Below are positions 34,721-47,239 of a DNA stretch of 64,000 nucleotides, piece by piece. The translations under genes were made by a program, and so were the position numbers. Below the pieces are notes generated by a model. It did not search any database. It was not told the origin of the DNA and saw only the letters and a program-made list of their open reading frames with translations. Each line of letters starts with the position of its first letter. Position 1 is the first letter of the stretch. Source of the stretch: Lepidodermella squamata (Eukaryota; Animalia; Gastrotricha). Location: contig JBLDXI010000021.1 in assembly GCA_047495785.1 (NCBI GenBank), positions 1,674,001 through 1,738,000 of the forward strand, read 5' to 3'.

Positions 34721-37700
34721 ATGCTCAAAATTCCATCAATTTCAAATGGCAATTGCACGCATATCCGGATCAACCTAGTGCAGCAGCTATTATCGAAGAA
34801 AACCGACTCAAGTGCTGTTTTATGCATTGCTGGTATCGACAGCTTCTACGATACAGCTCCTCTGCACCTCTCAGATTTCCTTTTCCCGAATTTTCGTGAC
34901 CAAGATGCTAAGCGTAAAATCATCTCTGACGATGAGGAGCTTGACGAGGATTTGTTATTCTGTGTTGACAAATCGGGCACCTCAATTTACTGTAATCCTT
35001 TCAACTATTCCAAGCTCTTGACATCATCGTTTGGGGTCAGTAGAATTCGATTTTACTGTCTGGATGAGGAAAAGGTGAATACGAATATTGTCAGCTCTAT
35101 TGTCAGCATTCACTGTATTCTTCAGTTCACCAACTCAGATCATGCTGAGGAGTACAAAATCAGATGTCTATCACACTTCACGAATCATGGCAATAAATTT
35201 GCGATTCCATTCACTTCAGCGGCTCCTGAAGGTAAGCAACCTGCACATTTTGAGCACCATGTAAATTGCATTTTAAAACTTTTAGACAAAGTAAACCCAA
35301 TTGAAAAATGGCCCTTGATTCAGGCATACGCAATAGAGGATTACGGAAAGTGAGCTAATATTGTAGCTTCTATTATAGCTTACTAATGTTGGTTTGTAAA
35401 TCATTATTTTCAGGCGCGGGTTTTTCACGCTAAAACATGAGGTGAGTCGAACGACTTTCCAACATGTACCCCAAATATATTTCTTTGATTTTTAGGTCGT
35501 GAACTTCAGTACTTGGTTTTCTCATCTTGTTACCGAACTCGTTGATTTTCAAAGCTTATCAATAAATCTGATCCCAAAGGTTCATCAATTTTCTAGTAAT
35601 AGTCTCTTAGTTGACCTTCTATCACATTTTCATAGCTATTACCAGCGTTTGCTCTACAATGGACTAATCTAATAGCTGCTATCCGGGCTGTTGCTGACAA
35701 CCCTTCGCTCTTGGATAAAATTCGATTTGCTGAAGTAAATTTAAGCGCTTTCCAAATTTCTCAGGGATTATTTCATTCTTATTTGCAGACATTTGAATCA
35801 TACGCCATTCATGGTAATGCAGCAAATGGCATCGAAAGTTTGGACGTGTCAAATTACGCTTTAGTCCAACCCGCTTGCGATTTCAACTCAGCCTCATGTT
35901 CAAAGTTATCTAACCTTTCGGCAGTTACTAAGGAGTCACACTCGGCGAATTTTAAGAGTGTTTTCAATAGCCAAGGAGCTATAGTCTGTTTCTTGAAATC
36001 GCCGGCGTCACCGACATTTGCTTGCGGAAGGACACTCTTCGTTCAAACAAAAGCTGGTAAGTTCTTTAATTTTCTTTCAGATTTATTGCTGTGCGTCATT
36101 GTCAGCTTTCACAAGTTGATGATAGCGAGCATGATATTAGCAATATTTAAACAGTAACAAAACATACGAATTAGCAAGGAACCATTTTTCAATATACTAC
36201 AAAGCCTCGTTGTTCAGATATAAAATTTAGGCGAGTGCGAGCCTAAAGAGAGGCCGAATTCTTGCAGCCAACGTGTCATGCGTCATTTATCGGATCACAG
36301 AAAGACGGGAGCGTGTAAGGAGAGAAGACTTCAAACAGTAGATTGCATTACCACTAAGTTACTGGCTTCCTGCTCCTGCTGATAAGCCGACAATTTATCC
36401 GATGGTGACATGCACTTCACCTGGGGAGTTCGGCTATTTTTTATAATAGGCTTCAGAGGCTTTGTTTGCTTTGTGCTGTTCAGGGTTCCATTTTCGTAAG
36501 GTTGGTGGCCATTGCCATTGCCATTTCCATTGGCGTGGCTGTTAGTTAGGCTGTTTGAGTAGTTCGCATCGTGCTTCAGCGATCCGTTTCCGTTCATCCA
36601 AGTAGGAGGATGAGAATCATGATAGCCGTTCGATTCTACATCGCCCTTCTTCAGGTATCCATTACCATTGGCGTGCCCGTTTGCATATCCGTTCATTTGA
36701 CCATTGTCTGTAAGGTCTAACCTGGCAATAGGCTCAATAGACGCTATATCTCCCTACGAAAAGATGAGATTTATGGAAAATTGAAAAGGTCACCAGGAGC
36801 AGCTTACCTGATTGCAAGGTTCGTCGAATGCATCATCTCCCAAGCAACACGAACAGCATACTCTGGCGAGACTTTGCCGAAAGCGTTCCATGTGACAGAC
36901 AAGAAGGAGAAATAGGATTCCGAATTGGGTGTAGAAAAACAGCTTGAAGACTAGCTGACTGCCCTGCATAAGCGCAATCGGAGTGAAAACTTCGTTCGAA
37001 TCTTTAAAAGATCCTTCTTTAAGAGCAGCGCCGAAGTTTCTCAGTAAAAATTGAGTCGTAACGTGAGGCAACGTGAGAACTGCGTAACAGATGCAGGTCG
37101 CAATTATTGATCGGTTGAGTTGGACTTCAGATTCCGGCTGGCGAATTGTTACCAGCAAGTTATTGCCGTTGCCTTGTGGCATGAAACTCGCTCCCTTGCC
37201 ATCGGGAAGATTCCTAGTAGAAGAGAAAATAGAAAAAAATATGCGATATCGTATCGCAAAGTTTCAGCCTACTTGTAATTTCCATTGGCAGAGATTTTTT
37301 TGCCAGCCTGATAGCCGTTAGCTTTACCGAGGCGTGGCGATGGGGCGCGATGGGATATTATAATGCTATTTCCACGAGCATTAATTTGGGCATTATTTGC
37401 CGGAATCGTTGTCGTAATGATGCGGCAACGAGTCCCACCGTTTCGAAGAATCACTCCGGCGGTGACCAAAAGCAGCGGATAAGGGATCAAAAAGGTGATG
37501 CTTTGGATGTACCAGTAATACATGACCGTGTACTCCATTGTGTTGACAGTCATTGTCTTTGACAATCTAAAATTGATACCTCGGTAATGACTGATTATGA
37601 AAGATAAAGAGTGAATTACCGATAAATTGTCGAATTGGAGTTAACATCAGTCAACGTTTTGATTTCTTAAAAAAATTGATCAACGGTAACAAAGAGATAT

Positions 37701-40700
37701 CGTGAGATAGGAAGTCAAAATTACCATATGCCCAGAATTCAGGCAGAACGCTGATCAAACAGGTTGCATAGACGAGAATAGTAAGAACCAAAGCTTGCGA
37801 TTTCGAACACAGCGAAGTAAGGCGCTTTTGGCATACAGTGACAAGGCATTCTATGGTCATCACTATAACCATCCAGCAGCTGACGTACCACAGCCATTCA
37901 TGCAGAGCTCGGCAATAAATCTAGAAAAAATCACGTGTAAGATCCCGTTGAAATCCGAAATATCGCGGCTAACCTGAACTCTCTGCACGAAATTAATACG
38001 GCCGGTGTAATTTTCGATGTGCAAAACGCCAGCAGTGGCCAATAATAGCCAGTTAGACAAGGCCAGGGTGAATAAATAGACCTCAGTTGAGCTTTCAAGT
38101 TGACGCGACAACGCCAAAACAGTGCTGAAACTGAAGATGAATCCCGATACGATGATCATCGGAAGGCCGTAGAAGAATATTTGCTCGCACAACACGCGCC
38201 ACGGGTCGCCGGTCAAGATGATGGGCACAGGACTTGCGGCATATTTCAGCAAATCCAACTCGTCAGTGGCGACCACTGGCGGTAAAGAGGATGGTGAAAA
38301 AATGCAATCTATCGGCAACGTTCCATCCTCGGGTATCATGGCCGTGCAGTTGTTCGGCATGCCCATAACCAGTTCGGACAAATCGTCCATTCTGTGGTTC
38401 GAGTGATTAAAAACGTTCAGTTAAACTCTCAGCTGAAGATCGAGCTGTTTAAAAATCTATATAAATCGTAAAACATGAAATTATATAGATTGCGAGGAAA
38501 TGAGTGGTGTTTGCAAAGTTGTTGTGCAAATTTCCGCAAATGCTAGAATAGTTTACTGCTTGTTGACGGCACATTATTAGCAAGTTGGGTGTCCCTTGCC
38601 GAACAACCGCGCGCTTTCACTCGGCTTCAAGAGGCTCGCAAAACGGCGCCCTCGATCGAAGGTGCCCGTTGTTCGTGCCGATGAAGAGCACTGAAATGCG
38701 GTGAGCGGCTTCCGAACGCCCATAAATTTTTAATGCAAACCCTTTGTTCTGTCGCTGCATTATATGCAACGTGCGCAATATCAATTTGCTGCGTTGTTTT
38801 GAGACCAATAACGTGAGACCGATGAGCACGAAATATAATGAGGAAACGAGTTGTGCCTGGCTGTTTTAAAACCTGCATGGCCCTAGAGTCAATCGTCTTT
38901 GCCAACAGTACGATATACTGCGCCGCAAACATCTGAATATTCGTGAATAAACAAAAATTTGGCGTAGAAGACAAGTGTGATAGCGTTAGTTTGGGCCGGG
39001 CACATGCTGGTCGACGCATCGAGTGTTTATTGCCTGAGTCGTGAAGCCGACATAATTATGAGACTAGTAATTTGTCCCCTGCGCCTTTATCTAGCATTGC
39101 CAGAAAATAACCACAGCTGTACGAATATATATGAAGTATATTTATAGATTTTTGAGAAAGCTATTTTTGACAAATAAAGACAAATGCGACTAGTGTTCGC
39201 CGTGATATGTCACGCTGATGGCGATGCTTTCGTCAAGTAGAAACATCGACCAGGTGAGCAGCGCGTGTTTTGCGCCTGGGCAGTGAATAGCTCCGCACAT
39301 CGGCGCGCGCAGGCAGTATCTTTTTGATAATTTTCGCATCCGCGCGCGCGCGCTCTTGCTCACGGCATGCGATCGAGTGATGAAAAAAGAAGGCATCGTC
39401 AATGTAGCATAATAAAATAATAGTAGAGTAATAACACTTCAAAACGAGATCGACGAATAAAGTGGTTGCCGCAGAAGTCAAATTGCAGCTTGTTGTCTTG
39501 TGCCTTTTTTCCGAGCGGTAAATTACAAGCATTCGCCGGCACCAGAGCGCATTCAAGCGCACATCGCATTTACAAATTGCCTGTTGTCAGGATTATTGAT
39601 AAAAAACACACCACTTGATAGCTTTTCGTAATCTGGCTTGTTTTTCAAGAATTATATAGGTAGTAGCTAGTGGCGCTGATAGAAGAAGAGCTTTAAAAGC
39701 AAACAATAATATCATGGATATTATAAATAAGCGGCTAAAAAGTGGATGAGAAATGTCTGTCGAAAAAGCTAGCGAAGCACATGCTAGCCCAGAGCAAATT
39801 GTAAAAATGTGCGCACATTTGCTGAGCGGTGCGCGCGTGTCGATATTGAATGCAAAAATTGGAAGCATCGCATTAAAACAACAACAATATTCGCGCTTGG
39901 CTGGTGAATGTTGCGCTTAAAAACCGCGAGAGGAACATCTTTTATTTATTTACAAGATGATACGGTACGCACACGTCTAATGCGCACATGATCGCGGTAA
40001 ACAGCAATAATGGATAGTCGTATTATAGTCTTAATAGCAGTTTCAGTCAGAATGGTATAGTTCTAGAAATAATAAAGTAGAGTCAGGTCATTGATTTCAA
40101 GCACTCGAAGCCGTGAAAAGGCACTCGAATAATGCGCGGCACGTGTCTACTAGTGGCATTGAAAAAGTGCAGCGAAACACGTTTTTATCGTTTCTGCCGA
40201 AGTATACACGAAAACTGACTCGAGGCGAGAGCAGGGAGCGAGTGATAGAGTGAAGATATCAGTGCGCGTTTATTGCCCCACACTCGAGCGAGCATCGCCT
40301 GTGTATTGTCTGTATATTTTGTTGCCATCGCAGCGAATCGGCGCTTTGCCAAAAGTATATCGTACCTCGCAGGCTACCTATTACGTGTTAGCCTCAAAGA
40401 CAGCCGTGAAAATGGTATCAGCAGGCTCGAAGCAAGTAGTTAATAGTGGGGCACGCATAAAAACGTGCGGGGCGTTTCGAGTCGAAGCATAAACACACCT
40501 TTTATCGTATAACGATCGCATGCCTGATTCTTAGTTGTTGGGCGATTTTTATATTGTTGTCCATGTTATATATTACGTGTTTAATAATCAAATTGCCTGT
40601 AACACTACCTGACAAATGCACGAGAAATGGCAACATATCAGTCCGAATGAAATAGATCCGTTACCGCCTACCGGCGGTTTTCTACAAGGCGCAGCTCGTA

Positions 40701-43700
40701 GCGTGCTCTAGATTTGCCTGTGCTACACATTTATAGACAAAAGCAATGGAGAGCCACTGTTTCAGCGCATCAGCGATCGACGAGAAGTTATCAACGAGGC
40801 CATGAAGTAGAATGTTTACCCGTTGTGAACGATGTGTTTGTATGTATATACATATTATAATAACCGGCTATCCTAAACACGGCCTGGAATGCCGCCGGGT
40901 TTTTATTTCCCAGTGATAGTGTCGGTTTGCGCGAGAGCAGGGAGCGGCAAAAGATAAGAGACGATGTGCGAGATGTGTATAAGAAATAATAAAACCGTGT
41001 TGGCAGGCGCTTAGCAGCTGGCGATACTGCGTCTCAGACCCGAGCAAAATGACGTGTGCTTCTGCGGTTTATGTTGCAAGACAGACCTGGGGGCCTATTG
41101 TAGACGGCCCACTTGGTCACATGTTTGTTTGAGCAACAATAGCCAATATCAAGGTATGGCCGAAGAAGGTTTTTTTTGGCAAACAGCCATTCGAGCCAAA
41201 TATCAAAGAGCAAAAAACAGTTGTCTATAAATTTTGAATTCGCAAAAGGTCGACATTTATCTCAACTTGGGAATTGCCTCGCCCAAATAAGCGATGCGCC
41301 ACCTTTAACCTAATAAACCGAGAAATACGATGTTGATGTTTGAAATAGAAGAATTCTAATGGCGTCGTATTAGTAGACGGCCAATTTAAAAAAACGCATA
41401 GAACTGCCCCCACCTACTGTAGTGTCACGCGTTAATTCAGGAGTAAAATTGCGCGTATTAAAATAAATTGCGAGCATAATGATTTTTCATTATGCCTTGA
41501 TGCCTGAAATCAAATTCGTTTTACATAAAAATCGTTGTTGTTGATGTGTAAATTGAATGAAGAGAGCAAATAATAGCGGTGGTGAAGCGGCGGAATCGTA
41601 AAATGGACCCCTGCACTTAATAAATACCCGGCTCCAAGTGCAAATTTACAAAAGGCGCCAGATAAAACATCATTGCAAAGAAATATCTGCTCTAGTTTCG
41701 ATATAAATTAAGCGCCTCGACGCTTATGGTACAAAGTCAAAACGTGTGATTTTTCACGTATCGCGCCATCAAAGCTGCTACGATACAACATTATGAATGG
41801 AGTGTAGACTCTTGGCGACGCGAAAAGTAGCCGCCTAAGAGGCGCCTTCCTAAAATAATTGGCTATTCGGCGCCAATCCTGGCGCCTGTTTCCTATGCCT
41901 GGTCCGCGTATGTAATTCGGCAGTTGGAGCTCGGCACTCCCTCTCTCGATGATTCTAGTCAGTGAACAGATAGGCGTAGTCTGAAATTTACCGTATTTTT
42001 GCCGCCTGACTAGGCAGCATTTATGGCAAATGGCAGGCGTCGACAGGGCGACAAAAATTGTGTAGTGTAGCAATACAATAATAATATTATCACAGCCACA
42101 CACTTTAGTATTTGACTAACGATGTACTACATCATGCCGTATGCCGAAGGGATAAGGATAATATATCGTAGCGGAAGAGGCGTTGTCGAGGTTGCGCAAT
42201 TCGGCACGTGGCCATGGCGCGACTTCTGACGGTGGATGCATCGTAGAAATAATATATTAGCAAAAATTAAGGGCCATCTGTCTGATTTTGGCGCGCACAT
42301 CAGGAAACGAGCGATAGGCTACGACGTGGCCGCCAGACCGATCTGCCTTTGAATCATCGGCCAGCATGCGTCGCCGGCGGAAGGCAGGGGTGCATGAGCC
42401 GGATTTCGTTAAGCAGCCATGTAAACTCTTTTATTAGCGTCACGAGCGCGTGGGCAGATGGTCGCCGGTGGTGGTTTCAGCTCCATCCTAGATTATAGAC
42501 CACAATCCTAGGGTGATCATCGAAATCATTGCCGAAAATATGCTAGTTTTAATTGCTGTATAATTAAAAGCATTCTTGGGGAGACAGAGTGCCAATGTGA
42601 GAAGCAGCAACTTGTATAGGCTTCGCCGGATGGTGTAAAAACAATTTTCATTGAGAGAAAACTTGCGAATTATTTACACCATTAAAAATACGGCCCCAAC
42701 TTAGGCATCGATTATAAGTTATAAGAGTTATAAGAAAATAGCCGATAGGGCTGCTGATGGGCAGTAGAAGCGCGCTTGTTTACATTTGATTGGTGGCAGA
42801 GGAGGATGATGACCGGCAGAGAAAAATCTCAGCAGCAAATATAATGAAGCCTGACGGCTTTGGCATACTGCCGGAAAAAAAAACCCATAAATCGACGACC
42901 CAATTGATTATGAATGACAGGAATGTAATATCTTCGATGTTTTACTATTAAATCGTGCTGCGCATATTGCGAGTGATTATTCCCGGCTGCTGGGCGCTTC
43001 GTTAAATGCCGAGCTATCATCGAGATTGAAGATGCTCATGCTACTGCTGCCGTGGCGAAAATTCGCCACACTCCAAATTAGCAAATCGATTCGAGTTTGC
43101 ATTAATTTGTGCGCTGGCGACATGGAGCGCATTTATTTATTGTAACACAAGCGCGTCGCTGCGATTACAAACGTATGAGGGGGCCCATCGCGGCAATCAC
43201 CCCCGCCGCGGTTTTCAGCTTTCAGCTTTCAGTCGGCTGACTGACCTAGGGCTGGCGCGACGGTGATCGAGTCCAGTACACATATTATTAATAATAAGTT
43301 GCCGGTTTATTACGGCGCGTCTGGGGCCGAGTAGCTAAGACCAGGCTTCGGAACCGCGCGCGCGGGTCAAAGTAGGCACGCCGCTCGTTTCCCGACGTCT
43401 TATCTACGAAGGATATAATTTAAATTAAATAGCGCCGAAACAAGGAAAACGCATCTTTCGTGTACACAACGTAGCGCGGCGCCTTCTGGGAGCGAAGCGT
43501 GTTGTTGACTCTTGTTAGTTGTCAACTCGATCTTTTACATGCGAGAGGCGTGGTTTTCGCGGTTTCACTTTTGCTATCATAGAGACGCGCAGCCACGTGT
43601 TGTTGGCCAGTTTCAATTTCTTTACTATATACAAATTATGCCCGTATCCAAACAGATGGCTTCGTTTATAACGCGAGTTTGAATCGACGCGAACATAACT

Positions 43701-46541
43701 CATATAATGCGGAGACATTTTCAAGCTATGATTTTTGTTTTAAAAACGATATGAGAAGCTGTTTGTTTTCCTGGCAGGCTTATATTGAATTTCGCGATAT
43801 GATGAAAAATACCTAATTGCATTTATTTTTAAACAGGCCAAAACAGCGAAGAGCAAGAGCTGTTACGCTGTCTGTATAAAGGCCTAGTCGAAGCAACAGA
43901 GTACGCAATCTCAGAGTATGTGGCAATGACCGATATCAATTGTAAGGATGCTGTTCAAAAATCTGAAAAGGTGTTCCTGAAAGCCTTCCACGCAAAATTG
44001 GCTGAGATGCATGTAACACCGACAGCTGAACACTCGTTTGCAATCGATGATGTTCACTCAGCAGCTGAATTAGCAGGCCTCCAGTTTCCGAAGGCTAAAT
44101 ATGTGCTCAGTGCTGCTTTCATCCCGCTGCCTTCAAGTTCAACGGGCAAAGTCGGGGTGCTGTTTGCGGACACGTTTTTGCCCGTTAGAGTGTTTTCAAG
44201 TGATAGCGGGCTCTACTACGCCCAGCCGTTTTGGCTCACCAGTGGAATACCCCGATATTCGAATTTAAGGAATCTTGATTTGCAAAGAATGATTGCCAGC
44301 TCGCATAGCAATGAATCACAAGGTAGCGAGGGGACGATAACGTTGTTCGGGAGCCAAATGGCAATAACTGCCTTCTTCCCGAAACAATCTGCCTTGTTCG
44401 CTGACGCTATTCAAGTAATGGCAATGAAATTGTCTCTGTCAAAACTTGACGTGATGCTTGAATTATCAAACGGAACCACGGTGAATTTGGACGGCTCGCT
44501 TGACATTGTGAAAATAAATTGCTTCGAACAATCATCGCCGCCCGGGGATTTCGAAGCCACCTTTGTCGAAATTCATTTTTCGATGCGTAGTCGAAAAAAT
44601 GCGACGTTTCCTTTTGAAGCAGCACAAGCGAGCGATTCAGCCAATAGTTCAGGCGATAACATCTTGCTTCTGTGTATTTTGGCTAAAACGATGCCCCATC
44701 GTGAATTCTACCGCCTCGTCCTGCCTACCTGGGGCAACAAGGACCCTAGCAATCCGGAAAAATCTGCGGAGAAGATAGTTCACCTGAAAAATGGCACTCG
44801 TCACATGGCGAAATTGTTCGTTGAGCTTGCTTAAATTAAACAAAACTTAATAGCTTTTTTTTAATTCTAGTTCAGCCATCGTTAGCAGCCACTTGAAAAA
44901 TGGAACTTCAGCATCGGCGTTACCCCTTAGCTTTTTGAATAACAACTCAACTGCTATTCAGATCTCCGAAGCTCAATTAGTGAACGAGCAAAAATATTTC
45001 CCAACAAAGCGCGAACTGGACTTGGCTCTCACGGGTATTTACCTCGCCGAGGAAATTAATAACGAAGCAAAGAAAATATCCATTCACATTGTTTGCGGAA
45101 TGCCTGAAACTGGGATGGATCAGTTCATCAAGGCCATGCTTATGAAGAAAACCGCTGATGATACCGCATGGCTTGGCAGTTATCCTATTTTAGATTCAAA
45201 TAGCTACGCAGTCAATTTTCGCGATTCATCTCTGCACGTGATCGACGATGAGGCTATTCACCGCCTCCGTCTATTTGTTACCGAAAAGTTGACGACGGAA
45301 AAAATATCGTCAAAGGGCCTGCTGATTTTGACCAGCCCGTTTTTTGCCAACTTACCTTGCCTTATTGCTAAGTTGGAGCGCAATTTCGCTAATCATATTA
45401 CCGTGGGAAGTGATAATTATTCGATTTCCTTCAAATCGGCGATCCTCTGTCTTGATGGCTACTCAGATTTGGTCCAGCCTAATAGGTATGATAGAGCAAT
45501 TTCATGTTTGCCGGGCTTATAATTTTTTAATAGGTCTATCAATCCGATTGCCTTGGAGTATCTTAAACCGGGACTTCTCTCTGCTGTTGTAACCTATTGT
45601 CCACCTAATCGAAATCGCGAGCATCTGCGGGGTCAAAGCTTCGAAGCTGTGCGACGAGCTGTTAAAGCTGTCAACCCCACTCTGGCTGTCTACCGTAACG
45701 TGAATGATATTGACCTGGAATTTTCGCCTTTTTGGAGCCACGAAATGAGCGCTTTTCGAAGCCGATTTTGGACAGACTTCGAACGGGTTCATTATTGCCA
45801 TTCTGTATCATCTGACATTTCGCACCGGCTTTGCTTTACACGATCTGCTCAAGCCGTTACCCTGGTTTTTAAACAGCGTGTTCTTCAAAAAGACAAGCTA
45901 TCCGGACACCTGTACCTGCTGGCGAAAAACGCTTGTGTTAGCGGCCCGTCGATTCATCACTACAACGATGAGGGTGAGCATTTAAGCGCCGAAAATACGC
46001 CTAATACGGTGTCGGCCGATTGGGTCGTTTGGCACGTTGCTGGCGAATTGGCGTTCGCAGAATCCGACGAAGTAGTTCGACTTTCCTTCACACTGCCGCA
46101 ACAAGTTTTCCGCATCTCGCCGTTACACCGCACTGCATCTGAGTACTACTTGACTTTCTATGGCGAAAATTTGAGTGAAAACGTTCTCCGCGATTGGTTG
46201 CGCCAATCTGCTCACAGCCGACCGAGTCAGAAGACGTTGCTGAAAATCGAAGATTTAGCACCTGCGTTTTGGGGCAAATTACAAGCTGAGCATCATTTAG
46301 ATCCACTGCCTGAAGGTTGGTTCTATAATGGAACCTACTATGTCGACTCATCTGGCGAGAAAGCGTACAGACATCCGAGTAAGTTTGAAATATATAGTCT
46401 CATTTTGCATTTTCTTGAATGTGGTTTTTCAATGCAGGTCTGAATGAAATTGCGGCAAAATATGTGGCCAAATACAATGCCGATGTTGAACGAGCCAACT
46501 CGGAAGCCAAATCATCCAAGTTCACGGACCTCTTCGAATAG
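34721..46541 (+). CDS. DNAAF9: Dynein axonemal assembly factor 9 (C20orf194/Shulin); many short introns plus one 7780-nt intron (36057-43836)
   Basis: LCIAGIDSFY, IYCNPFNY, IEKWPLIQAYA, GFFTLKH, ACGRTLF; C-terminus LPEGWFYNGTYYV..GEK..RHP...DLFE; the phase-1 junction 36056/43837 keeps frame. Confidence 0.85.
36331..38390 (-). CDS. Class A peptide GPCR-like protein (FMRFamide/myosuppressin/sex-peptide receptor-like), nested in the DNAAF9 intron
   Basis: Seven hydrophobic segments across exons: YGLPMIIVSG, STEVYLFTLALSN, WMVIVMTIECLVTVC, SVLPEFWAY, FLIPYPLLL, VLTLP, ERFRQSL. Confidence 0.8.
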
Positions 46542-47239
46542 ATTTCTTAAACGGTCTTATATCTAACTGTGATTTTCGTGATTGCCCACTGTGATAATTC
46601 AGGCCATGCCTACATTGTTTTGTTTTCACAAGTCTAGTACTTTTCTGGTTCTAATGTTGTAAGCACCTAATTCACCTGCAATATTGTTGAACGAATGCTG
46701 TGTAATAAGTATTGAATATGGCAACCAATCGTTGAAGTACAATAAATACCTCATTGGCCGAAAATATGAGTCTTGACCTGATTTATTTATTTGCACAAAG
46801 AACATGTTGAAACAAATGAAAACGATTGCCAGCTTGTCATTGTTTTTATATGCCGATCAATGCAGGCGCAAGAGGACACACAAAAACATAGCAACAAGGT
46901 TTTAACAATCATTTCGTTTTCTGCAATGGGTTTATTTTGTCGAGACAGCACGAAAGGTTCGTCCAGCTACCTAATTAATCAAGGTATAATACAGCTTAAT
47001 TAGCATCTGATAAGGTATCTGCGTCCTTATGTGCACAGGGAACACATACAGTAATTTTTTACGAACACGAGTTGGCAACGCCAATCAAGTCGCATCGGCA
47101 GTAAAATTCTGATGATTGATGAGTGTCAACATAATAGTAACCAATTAAAGTTAATATCAATTAAATAAGTAATCTGGCTTTTTGTATGCGGTATTTTGCT
47201 TTGTGTCGCCGGTAGTCAACCCATTCGATGGTAGTTCGC

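Noticed and set aside
38600-43730. Short ORFs in the large DNAAF9 intron
   Set aside because: No recognisable motifs or consistent exon chain; composition looks non-coding
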